Assembly: GCF_006345805.1 (NCBI RefSeq)
Contig: NC_043016.1
Coordinates: 25,978,001-26,042,000, forward strand
Origin: Octopus sinensis
Taxonomy: Eukaryota
Length of the DNA: 64,000 nucleotides
Direction: 5' to 3'
The translations under genes were made by a program, and so were the position numbers. Below, piece after piece: positions 37,505 through 51,552 of the stretch (its first letter is position 1; each line of letters opens with the position of its first letter). Under the pieces are notes generated by a model. It did not search any database, was not told the origin of the DNA, and saw only the letters and a program-made list of their open reading frames with translations.

Positions 37505-37922
37505 TCTTTTCTTTTTCTTTTATTCTTTTATTTGTTTCAGTCACTTGACTGTGGCCATGCTGGAGCACCGCCTTCAGTCAAACAAATCGACCCCCAGAAC
37601 TTATTCTTTGTAAGTCTAGTACTTATTCTATCGGTCTCTTTTTGCCGAACCACTAAGTTACGGGGATGTAAACACACCAGCATCGTTTGTCAAGCGATGT
37701 TGGGGGGGACAAACACAGACACACAAACGTATACACACACATATATATATATACATACATATATACGACGGGCTTCTTTCAGTTTCCATCTACCAAATCC
37801 ACTCACAAGGCTTTGGTTGGTCCGAGGCTATAGTAGAAGACACTTGCCCAAGGTGCCACGCAGTGGGACTGAACCCAGAACCATGTGGTTCGTAAGCAAG
37901 CTATTTACTACACAGCCACTCC
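37505..37922 (-). mobile_element. tRNA-derived SINE with internal microsatellite (family A here)
   Basis: Minus strand: gagtggctgtgtagtaaatagcttgctt...ggttctgggttcagtcccactgcgtggcaccttgggcaagtg...aaggcggtgctccagcatggcc. Confidence 0.92.
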
Positions 37923-39708
37923 TAGTGGACCTTCATAGCTATTTGATGTTTAAAAACTAGTTTTATAGAAACTTCTTACAATATTCCTATTTGTTTTTCA
38001 CTCATTTATTTGCACAGGTTGAACTATGTAAAATGTTAGGGAAAGAAACCTAGCTGTTTCTTGCTATACTTACTACAAAACACACATCTAATGCAAAATT
38101 TTTTTCATTTACTTTTAAAATACTACTGTGGACCCAATTTTACTTTTTTGCTGCATGGACCCCCAAAAATCTTGTATGGACCCTCAGAGGCCATATGGAT
38201 CACGGTTGAGAACCATTGGTGTAGAGAGTCAGAACAAATACTACCAGACATTCTAACAACTCTGCCATATTGCCACCTCAAATGTAAGAGATATATATTC
38301 TTCAATGGCTCTAAATTAGTAATAGCATGTTTTTGGTTCATTTCATTGAATAAAGTTGTGGAGTAACTGAATGGATTCTCATGTCATTTCATTAGCTTGC
38401 TGTGATAAGTTCAAATCATTCTGTTCATACAGAAATGAAGACATATGGGTCCTACTAGGCTGACATGTTGAGTCATTGGAGGCATTGTGAACTCTCAAGT
38501 GGTTGCTAAGGGGCGTGCTGCATGTTTAGAGAGGTTGTAAAGTACAAAAATGAACATTTAAGCTACATAGGAAATACAATTTTTTAATTAGATATAATAC
38601 TTTTATATTCCAAAACTTTTGACAGGATTAAAATTTCAGTTCTACATTGTGTTATCAGTGAGAAGAAACATGTCTGATGATGAGCCAAACCAAGGTCCAG
38701 TGTAATATCATATATAATCTGAGTCTTTTTTTTTTTATAAAAAACTTGAAGTAAATATCTAAAAAGCGGTACATGGGATATTATAAGAAAAGGTGAATAA
38801 TAAACTATTGCTTCTATTTGATTACAATAACTTACCTTTTTTTTGTTTTCACAAAAGATTATGAGTGGGTGTTTGTAAACACTACTCAATGAAAGACATT
38901 GCTACACTACAAAAGACTGAGAACTGGTAGATTAACCTTTTCGTTACCATATTTCTGTTGAAATACACTGCCTTTGTTCCAATAAATTTCCATTTAATAA
39001 AATAACTTTGTCATTATTAAGCTGCTTGGAACATAATTTAACATGAGTATTTTAATAAGGGTTTTAATTTAGATCATTTTAATGCTTTTGTTACCCAGTG
39101 TCTGTTGAAATACACTGCCTGTATTTAAATAAATTTTTTAAATAATGAAGAATATTGTAAAATACCTTTTTCCTTCTTGAACTGATGCTTGGAACATAAA
39201 TTAACATAGAGTTTTAAAGGAAGGTTTTCATTTAGATAAATTTAAACTGGAAGTTTTTTTATTATAGAACCAGTGAGGGTTTCAGGGTGTTAAATAATAA
39301 AAAAGTTAAAGTCTTTGGATTCTGACCACACAGCCATAAGATACAGCTATTGTACTGCATCTTTTGGTAAAGTACATTGCATTATCTGACATTAGGTTTT
39401 ACTTATCATAGTTGAGTGATTAGTGCTGAAAAACTATTGATCCAGATACATAAAAAACTCCACTTCATATATTTAGTTGAAAACTATTTTCACACTTAAT
39501 TTGGATATTAAAATTAAGGAAAAAAAAGGACAGAGTGATTGTAGGATTCCTATGTTAGAAGGTGGAAAGTATACAGAAGCCTAATGTGTGTGTGTGTTGA
39601 AACTGCTGATTCGGGTCTCTATGGCTGATGAGAGGATTTTCATTTTTATTTAAACTTTTCCATTGGTCATTTCTGTGTTCCACTTTGATTTTTATTATAT
39701 TGTATACA

Positions 39709-39759
<51 letters not shown>

Positions 39760-39761
<2 letters not shown>

Positions 39762-39944
39762 ATTAAAGGACTGAACACGAAAAGTGGACAGTCAACATGC
39801 TAGACGTCAAATCGCCATTCTCCACAAAGATTATGTTCTCAAATAAATAATATTATTTGAGAACATAATCTTTGTGGAGAATGGTGATTTGACGTCTATA
39901 TCTAGCATGTTGACTGTCCACTTTTCGTGTTCAGTCCTTAATTG
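39760..39944. repeat. Near-perfect palindrome (~87-bp arms)
   Basis: One substitution, one 6-nt insertion, one 1-nt indel; loop of 6 nt or less. Confidence 0.95.
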
Positions 39945-40739
39945 GTATATATAAATATTTTAATCTTCGGATTCTTTTTAATGTGCTAGACCACTGGTTT
40001 TAATTGACTAATATCAATTTCTACCCTTAATTAATTATATATATATATATTGCATGTGTGTGTGTGTTCTTAGCTTTAAAGGTATCACGATAGGCCCAAT
40101 TGGAGGTCCAACCTTCCAATTTCTTTTACAGGACTGCTGCAATAAGTGTATGAATCTGAGAGGGGAATATGTTGGATAAAATCATAATTAACTGATCCTC
40201 CTCTACTTTCTTTTACCTGAAGCCAACAACTTTTCCACACCCCCTTGTATGTACAAACATGAAAGAGCATGTCTTCATCAACAACAACATATGAACAAAA
40301 ATCAGAAACATGTCTTGTAGTTCAGCAGATCTTTGTGGACTAGTGGTATAGGAAATATCTTTCTTGAAAGAAAAACAAGTGGATGTTGGTGACAGGAAGT
40401 GTATCTAACTACAAGTAGTCATCAATAGGTTATGTCTAAATCATGCCAACTTGGAAAAAAAATGGCTATAATGTGTATAAAATATCTTTCATCAGTGATA
40501 TACTATGTTGCTTTACAGATAAAATAATGGAATGCTGTCAGCAGAATAGCAAGATTCTTTGAATCATTTCTAAACTAGGAAATTCTTATCGTTGATGCAT
40601 TGTAAAGATGTCTGTATATGAATACAAATACAAGGAAAAGAATTCATATGTGTGTATGTACATACATACGTGCTCATACACACATGTAGTATAATAGGAC
40701 TAAACTTTATTCTAGGGAACACATACTTTATATTTATAT

Positions 40740-41930
40740 TCCTGGGACTTTGATGGAAACAAAAACAACCTCATTCTTTGCAAATGTAGTTATGGGTTAT
40801 CTAGAGATTACACTATACCAAAAATCACTAGAAAAATATGGAAACTCTTTGTTCAAATATAAACAAGAAAACTGGAAAAGGTACATTGATGATTGCTTCA
40901 TCCTGTGGAATGAAAACATACAAAAACTACAAGTTGAAACACTCTTCTATGGAATTAATAAAAGTATACCATCCACCATGGAATATAGCTATAATCAACG
41001 CCCATTTTTATACATCCTGATAAGTCAACAAGAAAAAAAGATCAACATTTACTTATGAATTCCAAACAATATTTTCTATTCAATTCATGCCATCCAAGAC
41101 ACACCAGAATAAATGTCGCTAATAACCTAGCTATAAGAATCTACACAATAATATCCTGTGCAAATATCTGTGACATAAGACATAAATCTTCAAACTGAAT
41201 GATGCACTCCTTGACAGGAATTACTATCCTTAACTGGTAATGGAATACAGCAAGACAAATAAATACATTAGAATTGAAAGTCTTACTACATGTTTCCACC
41301 TGCAATCCCTAAAACATTGATCTGTATAACCTCATATTCTAAAACATACCAACACTGAAAAAAAATCCCAGTTTGAACTAAATCCTCTAAACACATACCT
41401 TCATAAAGAACAAAAGATACTAACAAAGCTGAGACTTCACAATAGGTTCAATAATTAAAAAAATGCAGAAGACCTAACTATGGTATATGTCTTAATCTGT
41501 CAGAAGAATGAGAGATCTATTTTAAACAAGGACAATGCTTCACAATAAAATGCACTCATGCATCTGAAAACATAATCTATGCAATGCTCAGGATGTGGAG
41601 AGCATTACATAGAACAAACTAGAGAGTCCTTAAGACAAACACATGATCACAATACACAGATCACAGATTAAGATACAGGAATACAGACAAACAGGATTCA
41701 GGGAACATAACTATGTGTAGGTAAGAAATAACCAAATTTTCCAACTTTGCCCTGCAGATATGAGATACTGTTCCAAAATCAGCTAGAAAGATTATTGTTA
41801 TGGGGAACTGCTTTGAAACCTGCAACTCTTCTACCCTGATTATAAATTCACATTTATACGAATAATCATTGGTGTACTTGATTATGTTAGTAAATGATTG
41901 ACTCACGATCTGGAAAAGCTAAAATATTTG
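40740..41930 (+). mobile_element. Decayed Penelope-like element (RT plus GIY-YIG endonuclease)
   Basis: SFFANVVMGYLE...WKRYIDDCFILW...MEYS...PFLYILI; SKQYFLFNSCHPRHT; SENIIYA..CSGCGEHYIEQT. Confidence 0.8.
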
Positions 41931-43593
41931 AACATATTGCTAACATGCACTTCTGTTACCACTCATCTCTCACCATTACCTTTATCCACCTCTGTTGTTG
42001 TCAATCCCACTCGACCTGATTCCACCCCAAATAATCTTGCCTCTTAAATTATATTACTGTTCCTTTCTTCTTCCCAACCATCCAGGTCCTTTTCACATAA
42101 TTGCTTTCTCCTCTAATCCCCTCCTTGGTCATCTGAGCAAATATACACAATCTGGGTTATTGAGTATTCTCTTCACCCACTTTTGGCCTCACAGCCGGCA
42201 TCACGACACTCTCTGTTATTTCCACCCCTCTCTGGTTTACTTGTCTTGACCCCCAACATTGTCCTGTGTACAAGGCACCACCCCTCCTATATTGGTTCCA
42301 CAATAGAAAGCCAGCAACTCACATCCCCTCAAAATGATTGGTGAGTGAGGTGGTCTTTCCAGGATTAGAACAAAAAAATGTTCCTAGTGTACCTTGTGGA
42401 TAGGTTAACAAATGAGCAGAGATACATAGGCTTTTGAGGTCCTCTTTATTCACCCTCTCTTGTGTCATGAAAAATGCATACATTACACTGTAATATGGTT
42501 AATGATTGGAAGGGAATCTAGCCACAGAAACTAAGCTAAATGAAAGCAGCAGCCACCAATAGAAGATAACTCAAACCATGCCAGCATAAAAAAATGAATA
42601 TAAAAGTGATACCACAAAAAAAGCATCCAGGACATCCAGTTGTAGAAACTATACCAAAGCGGACATTAGAGTTTGGCACTCCTTTGGCTCTTCTGTTGAT
42701 ATTGAACTGTCCAACGCATGCCAGCATGAGAAAAGGGATGTTATATGATGATGATGATATATGTATGTATATAGTCCTCCACATTCACCATCCATATTTC
42801 ATTACCATACACCATCACACATTTTACATACATCTACATATAATCCTCTATATTCAGTGCTTTGTATCGTTGCATGAGACATTGAGAGAATAACACTTTG
42901 GCTGTCCCAAGATTAAAAGTTGTTTTAACTGTCTAACCTCTTCTTGTCATAACACTAACTTACATATACCTCTTACTTTTCTCAGATATCACAAATTTAA
43001 ATTATTCTCTCTCTCTCTCTGTGCATACCATATCTTACTGAACTGAAATGACTTTCACCCCACTCCCTAAACTTTACACTGAGTGTTTCTTATCTTTGTA
43101 AACAGACTCTGTGTGTATGTGTGTAATTCTGAAAATTTATTAATATAAATTAATGCAAATATCTTTTAAATGACTGTTTTGACTCCATAAATCGATGTTA
43201 CTTTCCAGTATCCTAGGGGAGCTGGCAGTACAGATTCAGAACTCAGTTTAGTTATTTTCATTCACTGACATTTGTGTCAAGTGGTGAATTAGCAGAGAAC
43301 ACAACCCACGAGTGCTGGATAGAATACCTTGCATTATTTAATCTTTAAGTTCAAAAACATTCACTGAGATCACTTTTTGCCTTTTATCCGTTCAAAAAAA
43401 AAATGATAATAATAATAATCCTGGGCTGTATATTGGTAGAATTGTTAAAGTATCAGATGGGATACTGCATTGTATTTTTTCCAGTTCCTTGCATACCAAG
43501 TTAAAATCCTACAATAGTTAACTTGGCTGATAGACTTAAAAATACATTACCAGGTTTAATGTGCATTACCTAGTAATACATTACTAGGTTTAG

Positions 43594-43940
43594 TGAAGGT
43601 GCATGGCTCAATGGTTAGAGTATTGGGTTGACAATCATGAGGTAGTGAGTTTGATTTGTAGACTGAACTGCATGTTGTGTTCTTGAGCAAGGCACTTTAT
43701 TTCACATTACTACAGTTCACTCATCTGTAAAAATGGGTTGCATTGTCACTGGTGTCAAGCTGTATTGACCTTTGCCTTTCCCTTGGACGATATTGATGGC
43801 ATAGAGAGGGAAAGCTGGTATATATGGGCAACTGCTGGTCTTCCATAAACAACCATACCTGGACCTGTGCCTTGGAGGTGAACTTTCTAGATGCAATCCT
43901 AAGGTCATTCATGACTGAAGGAGGTCTTTACCCTTTTTAC
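43594..43940 (+). mobile_element. Family-D CORE-like SINE
   Basis: Full-length match to 30970-31301. Confidence 0.85.
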
Positions 43941-44215
43941 CAGGTTTGGTATCGCCACCTGACATCTAGTTTTCCTCTTAATGGAATTCACTCCCATTGC
44001 AAGTATTTGGCTCAATCTCCAGTTTGAGAAGATATAGACTTCTCTCTCCTGCCAGATGCCCTGAAAAGGTCCATGAGTGCTGCCTTCTCTTCTAACTGTT
44101 TGTAAAATATATACCAACATGTGAATGTTTAATGCTTTTTTTTTGTATCTTTACACAAAGACATACATATTGATTGTTGTAACTCTGGTCCTTACTTTAT
44201 CAGCCTACCCGTACA

Positions 44216-44457
44216 TTTTTTTTTTTTTTTTTTTTTTTTGTACTTGTTTCAGTCATTTGACTGCGGCCATGCTGGAGCACCGCCTTTAGAGTGGTGAAAG
44301 AGTACAGCAGGGATCACCACCTCCTGCCGGAGCCTCGTGGAGCTTTTAGGTGTTTTTTTCGCTCAATAAACACACACAACGCCCGGTCTGGGAATCGAAA
44401 CCGCGATCCTGCGACCGCAAGTCCGCTGCCCTAACCACTAGGCCATTGCGCCTCCAC
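44216..44457 (-). mobile_element. Chimeric SINE: family-C head, family-A tail, poly(A)
   Basis: Head 44288-44457, tail 44240-44287, 24-T run at 44216-44239. Confidence 0.75.
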
Positions 44458-44964
44458 TTTACACAATTTACACAAGAATTCACACATTTTAAGAGGTACA
44501 GTCAATTTTGATGTGATATAATTCTAGACCTCACTTATTGGGCCCCAATAAGTTTTCAACTTCAAACACAGAGGGATGAAATTAAAAATTTCATATTTGA
44601 CCTAGTATTTTGTTGTCCCACCAATCTACCATCTTAATGTTTAAAACATTTAATATAGGTGCAGGCATGACTGTGTTGTAAGAAACTTGCTTCCCAATCA
44701 CATGGTTCCAGGGTCAGTCCCATTGTGTGGCACCTTGGGCAAGTGTCTTTTACTATAGCCTCAGGCTGACCAATGCCTTGTGAGTAAATTTCGAAGATGG
44801 AAACTGAAAGAAGCCCATCATGTATGTATATATATATATATATATGCATTATGTGTGTGTGTATCATTGTGTCTATGTTTGTCCCCTACCATTACTTGAC
44901 AACCAATGCTGATGTGTTTACATCCCCATAACATAGAAATTTTGCAAAAGGTCCAATAGAATAA

Positions 44965-45383
44965 CTCTTTTACTCTTTACTCTTTTACTTGTTTCAGTCA
45001 TTTGACTGCGGCCATGCTGGAGCACCGCCTTTAATCGAGCAACTCGACCCCGGGACTTATTCTTTTTGTAAGCCCAGTACTTATTCTATCGGTCTCTTTT
45101 GCCGAACCGCTAAGTAACAGGGACATAAACACACCAGCATCGGTTGTCAAGCAATGCTAGAGGGACAAACACAGGCACACAAACACACACACATACATAT
45201 ACATATATATACATATATACGACAGGCTTCTTTCAGTTTCCGTCTACCAAATCCACTCACAAGGCTTTGGTCGGCCCGAGGCTATAGCAGAAGACACTCG
45301 CCCAAGGTGCCACGCAGTGGGACTGAACCCGGAACCATGTGGGTGGTAGACAAGCTACTTACCACACAGCCACTCCTGCGCCT
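44965..45383 (-). mobile_element. Young family-A SINE nested in an older, oppositely oriented family-A copy (44657-44964 plus 45385-45500)
   Basis: The older copy resumes at taagtactagacttacaaagaataagtcc after the insertion. Confidence 0.9.
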
Positions 45384-46390
45384 GTAAGTACTAGACTTAC
45401 AAAGAATAAGTCCTGGGGTTGATTTCTTTGACTAAAAAACCCTTTCAGGCAGTGCTCCAGCATGGCTGCAGTCAAATGACTGAAACAGGTAAAAGCAAAA
45501 GTTGTTATATTGTTGTTTAACCAGGTTGGTTGAGTAGCGTTGTGATCCCAATGATTCTTACCCTCACCCTGTTTTTTTATATCAACTTAACATTGCCCCA
45601 TGTATCCTGCTTTAAGGTAGATCATGATTTGAGAAAGATTTAGCTGCTATTTCTAAAAGGTTGAGTGTTTGTGAGGAGATTCTCCTTATTTACTTGTTTA
45701 ACCTCAGGTCAACCTTGATTGAGCAGATTTATGGCCAAAAGCATTCCAGTCATGATATGACATGGGTATGAAACCCATAATCACTCTATTCATACTAATT
45801 TTTAAGATAGTAGGATGTATGGTACCTATTTACTGCTAGGACAGTACCTGTTTGCGAGAGCAGCTAGTCATATTTGAGTGAAATCATTTAATTTTATATA
45901 AATTATATATCATGATCTTTAATAAAGTATGAATTATATAGCAATTTCTGGTAATGTACAGATATAGTTTTTTAAATTACAGATATATGTGTGCTTGTGT
46001 GTGTGTGTAAATAAAACCATGGCAAATTTTTGGCAGTGGAAATAAGTGAAAATGAAATGGTTATATATATATAACTTCAAGATTTTGAAAGGCACTTTCT
46101 TTTTTGCTAAATTCTAAAAGAAAAGATTTTCTGCCATCAGTTGCAAATTTATTTCACACATGGAAAATGTGTGAGGAAAACAAAAACAGAAAGAGAGAAA
46201 AAGAGGTGGGGTAAGAGCATACACACAACCAACTGTTATGTTATTGTTCGTGCAGGAGAGGAGAGCCAGTTTTAAAACTATATACAATTTGTTTAGCTTA
46301 CACAACTGGTTCATTGCAATTTCACCAACATACAACCTACACAAACAAGCCCACTCACTTTGCAATAACAGTTTTAGTACCATTGCCTAC

Positions 46391-46432
<42 letters not shown>

Positions 46433-46756
46433 CTCTGTTTTTCTCTCCCTCTTTCACTTCTCTTTTATTCTCTCTCCTCTTCCTTCTCCTCTTCACTCAC
46501 CACCTCATTTTTCGTTTTCTCGCTTTCTCGCTTTCTTTCTCTCTAAACCATCCTGTTTCTCCACTTGCTTCCCTCACCAGCATTCCTCAGCAAGCCAATA
46601 AGGTGTTTATCTCTTTTTTCTCTTTGCCTTGGCCATATTTGGTATCCTAGTTTTTACAAACTGCTGATCACAAAAAAAAAAAAGAAAAAAGAAAGAAATG
46701 AAATAAGATAAATAAAACAAATATAAAAAGTATAAGTTAATAATAATGATGATGAT

Positions 46757-46801
<45 letters not shown>

Positions 46802-46959
46802 AATCATGATAATGGAAACTCCCTTCCCTTTTAGTTACCACATTTCTGATGCTTGTAGGTTTTTTTTATTAGCAGATGATATGATGTGAGGAACACCTAA
46901 AATACATTACTCACAACATTAACATTACCACCATAATATATATATACATACATATATAT

Positions 46960-47063
<104 letters not shown>

Positions 47064-50000
47064 TGTCATTTTTTATTACATTATTTATCTCCCTCATACA
47101 CGCACACATATATATCACATAGCTCATAAATTTGGAGGGATAATTATCTCATGTATTTATCGTTTCATCATTATCTAAGGACAACTTAATATAGTTCTAT
47201 AGTTGCTAATGTACACTCTGATAATTAGTCTTACTAAATACTTTCAAGATAGATTTTGTAGTTGATAAGAGTAAGAGGAGAAGCTGCCATTCACTGTTTG
47301 TCTTCCTTCTCCTCATTGTCACTTTTTAGTGTCTGCTTTTCCATGCTTGTATGGGTCAAACAGAATTTGTTGAGGTGGATTTCATGTGGTTTCTGGTTTC
47401 TTGTCACCAATCCTTACCTGTTTCCTAGCAAGGTAATATTTTCCTTAGTCCTGCAAAGCTGAACAGCATAATGGCCAGACATGTTTTTACTGAAGATTGC
47501 AAATGAATGCTCCACTTACTTGTATGAAGATAACATTTGTTGACAACTCTTGCACAATGTCAAGACAAGGACACACTCACACAACAGGGTTCTTGTAGAT
47601 TCCATGTACCAAATTCACTTACAAAGCTTTGCTCAACTCAGGGCTATAGTAAAAGACATTTACTGAAAGCGCTGCACGATGGGACTCCGAAACCACATGA
47701 TTGGGAAGTAGACTTTCTTAACCATACATTCATGCCATTGCTGAGTTGTTAGAATGTTGTGTTTGTTCTGGCACTCTGCACTAGAGTTCAAATTGCACTA
47801 AAGAGGTCAACTTTATCTTTCATCCATTTAGAGATGATAAAGTACCAGTCCAGTGTAAACAGATGGGCTGAATGGTTAGGACATTTGATGGGAATATTTT
47901 ACATGGGCTTTACCTTATCTATTTGAATTCCTTACTTTCTGAGAGTGGCAATAATATCTGCAATGACCCTGGTGTACCTTTACTTTTCTTTTGGACAACA
48001 TCAGTGGCATGAAGAGAGGGGAGATTTGCTGTGGGTCTTTCTGTAGAAACTTTGTCCAGGCCTTCACTTGGAGTGGAAAATTTCAAATGCAAGCTTAGGC
48101 AAGGTTTTTATGCCACAAGACATACACAGGCATCACACACATGCACGCGTGCACACACACACATACACACACACACATGCATGTATGTAGTTTCCAGCTC
48201 CAAAATTCCTCAAGGCGTTAACCAACCTAAGGCTATAGAAGAACTCACCCAGGGCACATGCGAAGTTAAAAAAGAAATGAATTTCTTCACCACACATCTT
48301 TACTGTGATAACATAATCTTGTCAGTCTATGTTTTATGAAAGCTTTCCTTATTTTAGGTGTGACATTATATAGTGTAGTTATATTATATAAACTAAATGA
48401 TGAGAAACTCTACTACATCTGATATTCTATTTTTATAGAAAAAAAAACAAAAAATCCCCAGATATATTCTAGGTGCAGTTGATAATGAGTTGGCATATTT
48501 ATTTCAATGCCTCAGTAGTGAGTAGTATTTGAAGTATACCCTTTATCCATTCTATGTTAGTTAAGTCATCTGTTATGCTCCCACGCTCTTATAAAAACTG
48601 AACCAAAAAAAAAAAAGAAATGATATCTTCTGTCTAGTCAAAGGGAACTATCATCAGCACCATTACCTCTGTGTCTCGACTTTTTTTTATCGCCCCACAC
48701 CTGACTTGGATCTTCTAAATAACAAAAATCATGCAAGCTTCACCTTGAATGGGCAAAGTTAGTATTTAGAACTGCAGAACTCAAAAGTAAATAAAACTAT
48801 AATTGCTACAAATAGCTTGTAAATATTGGGTTAAAAGTCCCTTTGGATAGGAAAATGTCAGAGGGTGCCTGTGGGACATATACAAAATACACATGTGCGC
48901 ACATGCATACACACATACGCACACACACATGAAAGTTTTAATTGAAACTTAATTGCAAATTTTATTTGCTTGTTACTTGCTTAACCCTTTAGCATTCAGA
49001 TTTCTTAGTCTAATGTATTTATTCACATTGTTTTGAATTATTCTCACATTGTCTCGTAGCTTTGAGATTTAAATGATGTGATAGTTTATTTTTAGAATGA
49101 CATTGTAGGGCAGGTGTAAGGGGCCAATTTGAGCATAAACGAGATAGAATATACCAATGCTCAACCAGTAAGATATGTACCCATCCTTGAGAAACACTGA
49201 CTTGCACAGCCCAGCATAAGAGCTGGCCATGTAGGGATTATCTTAAATACCACATTCTCTAAAACTTGTGTTGATACTGTTTACAATCCCTTTGCTTAGC
49301 TACAATTCCTTACACAGAGTTTCCAGTTTTTCTTGATGTCAGCCAGATGCGGGATAAATTCGTTTTGCTTTTATTTCCTATTCAACTTTCTAAACAAACA
49401 GTGAAACTGATTCAGATCAGTAAACAAATTGTCGCAAATGTTGCTTGTTATAAGTTTCTAAGCAAGAGTTTACATCAGCACACTCACTGCTCAGCACTTT
49501 GGACAAATGTCTTCTAGTGTAGACTTGAGTTAACAAAAGTCTTCATCACCATCATCACCACCACCATCATCATCATCTTCACCATCACCATCATCTTCAC
49601 CATCACCATTATTACCATCATCATTTAACCCCATCTTTTTCTATGCTGGCATGGGTTGGATGATTTCATATGATCCAGCAAGCAGCAGGACTGTATCAAG
49701 CTCCAGTGTTAGCTTTGACATCATTTCTGTAGATGAATGCCCTTCCTAACACCAATCACTGTACAATATGTACTGGGTTATTATTATTATATTTTTTTTG
49801 TGCCACCAGCACTAGTGAGGTTGCCAAGTAACATGCAAGACAAGAAAAAAAAATGGAAAATGGAAAAGGTTTCCTTGACTCAGAGATGGTAGTATGCCAA
49901 GTGTTAAGAGGCTATAGCAGAGATACATGGTTACCTCACATTAGAGGTGGGTGGGAATAACTGAAAGGAAGATAGAGATGGTGGTAGCAAGATGCTTGGG

Positions 50001-50141
50001 CATTTCAAGAAAGATGGTGCGAGGGGAAAGTAACAGATGGTTAAAAATGAGGGTAGATGTGTATGTAGTGAATGATGAGCAACAGTGGATTTGCACTTGA
50101 TGGGAAATACCAGAATAGCAAGGGATGAATGAATGAATGGA

Positions 50142-50173
<32 letters not shown>

Positions 50174-50266
50174 AAATATAAGTAAGATTCAGTTGAATTA
50201 GGTACTTCCTTCGATTGTTTTGTGTATATATATATATATATAATATATATATATAATAATTATATA

Positions 50267-51552
50267 TGAGGAGTACCCACAAGTAAGCAGAAATGTTCTC
50301 TGTGGGACAAGCCCATTGTAGTTCATGCTTCTGCCACTTGAAGCCACTTGATGCAAGCATCAGTCTATCGACTAGCATCTTTCAGTGTTATTGTAATGCT
50401 ACATGGTGCATATTTTTTTTGCAGTGCTTCTCCTTTGTTCGTTGATTTTTGCAATGGGTGAAATGAAATGAAGGAACAGCATGCTTCTATGAAATTCTGT
50501 TTTCTGCTAGGGAAAATGGTAACCGAAACAGTTGTTATGCCTCAAGCAGCTTACAAGAACGCTGCCACGAACACAAGTTTATGAGTGGTTTTCATGCTTT
50601 AGGAACGGTTACTTGTCACTTGAAGACAAACCTCAATCAGGGCGACTGTTGACTTCGCGAATGTATGAAAACATCACAAAACTTCATGAACTGATCTCAA
50701 AAGACCATTGCTGAACAATTGAACTTTTTGATATGACTGGTATGTCCTGGAGCTCCTACCAATGAATTTTGAGTGAGGAATTGCGAATGAAAAGAGTTGC
50801 AGAATTTATGCCTCGCTTGCTCAGAGAAGATGAAAAACTCATGACTGAATGCATGTCTTGAACTGAAAGAACAGTTGGAAGTTGATCCGGACCATTTTTC
50901 AAAGGTCATCACTGGTGATGAAAGCTGCTGCTATGTCTATGACCCAGAAGCAGCAATCAAGTCATTTGATATCACCATGCCCCAAAAGCGTGTCAAGTGA
51001 AGTCCAGTGTGAAGGCAACACTGATTTGTTTCATCAATGCAAAAAGAAATGTCCACACAGAATTTATTCCCCCTGGTAAAACTGTTAACCAGACATTTTA
51101 CTTGGCAGTTCTGGAGCATTTGTGAGACATGGTAAGATGAAAATGGCCTGACCTGTGGCAAAGTGAAGAGTGGTGGTTTATTGATGACAATGTACTTGTG
51201 CATACCACTTGGAGTGTGAGACAGTTTTTGACCAAAAATTGCATGACCCCACTTACCCACATTCCTTATTCACCTGATCTTGCTCCCTGCTACTTTTTGT
51301 CCTCCTAAATGAAAAAAGTCCTTAAAGAAAAACGTTTTGTAGATGTGGAAGAAGTGAAGAAAAAAATGACAGAGGCTTTAAAAGGCATCACTGTGCAAGA
51401 GTTCTAGGACTGCTTCAAACTGTGAAAAGCATGTCTCGACTGGTGTATGGGTTCAAATAGAGAATACTTTGAATGTGGTAAAAGTATAAACATGTAAAAC
51501 TAAATGAATAAAATAATATTGCAAAATTCTGGTTTCCTTTGGGTACTCCATT
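50267..51552 (+). mobile_element. Full-length but dead mariner transposon (~1.29 kb)
   Basis: Imperfect TIRs gaggagtacccacaagtaagcagaa / ttctggtttcctttgggtactcc; TQVYEWF, VITGDES, DNVLVHT and YSPDLAPC motifs broken by stops and frameshifts. Confidence 0.9.

Noticed and set aside
48620-48670. Minus-strand hammerhead (CTGATGA tagt..acta GACA)
   Set aside because: GAAA is mutated and there is no stem III or proper stem I register.
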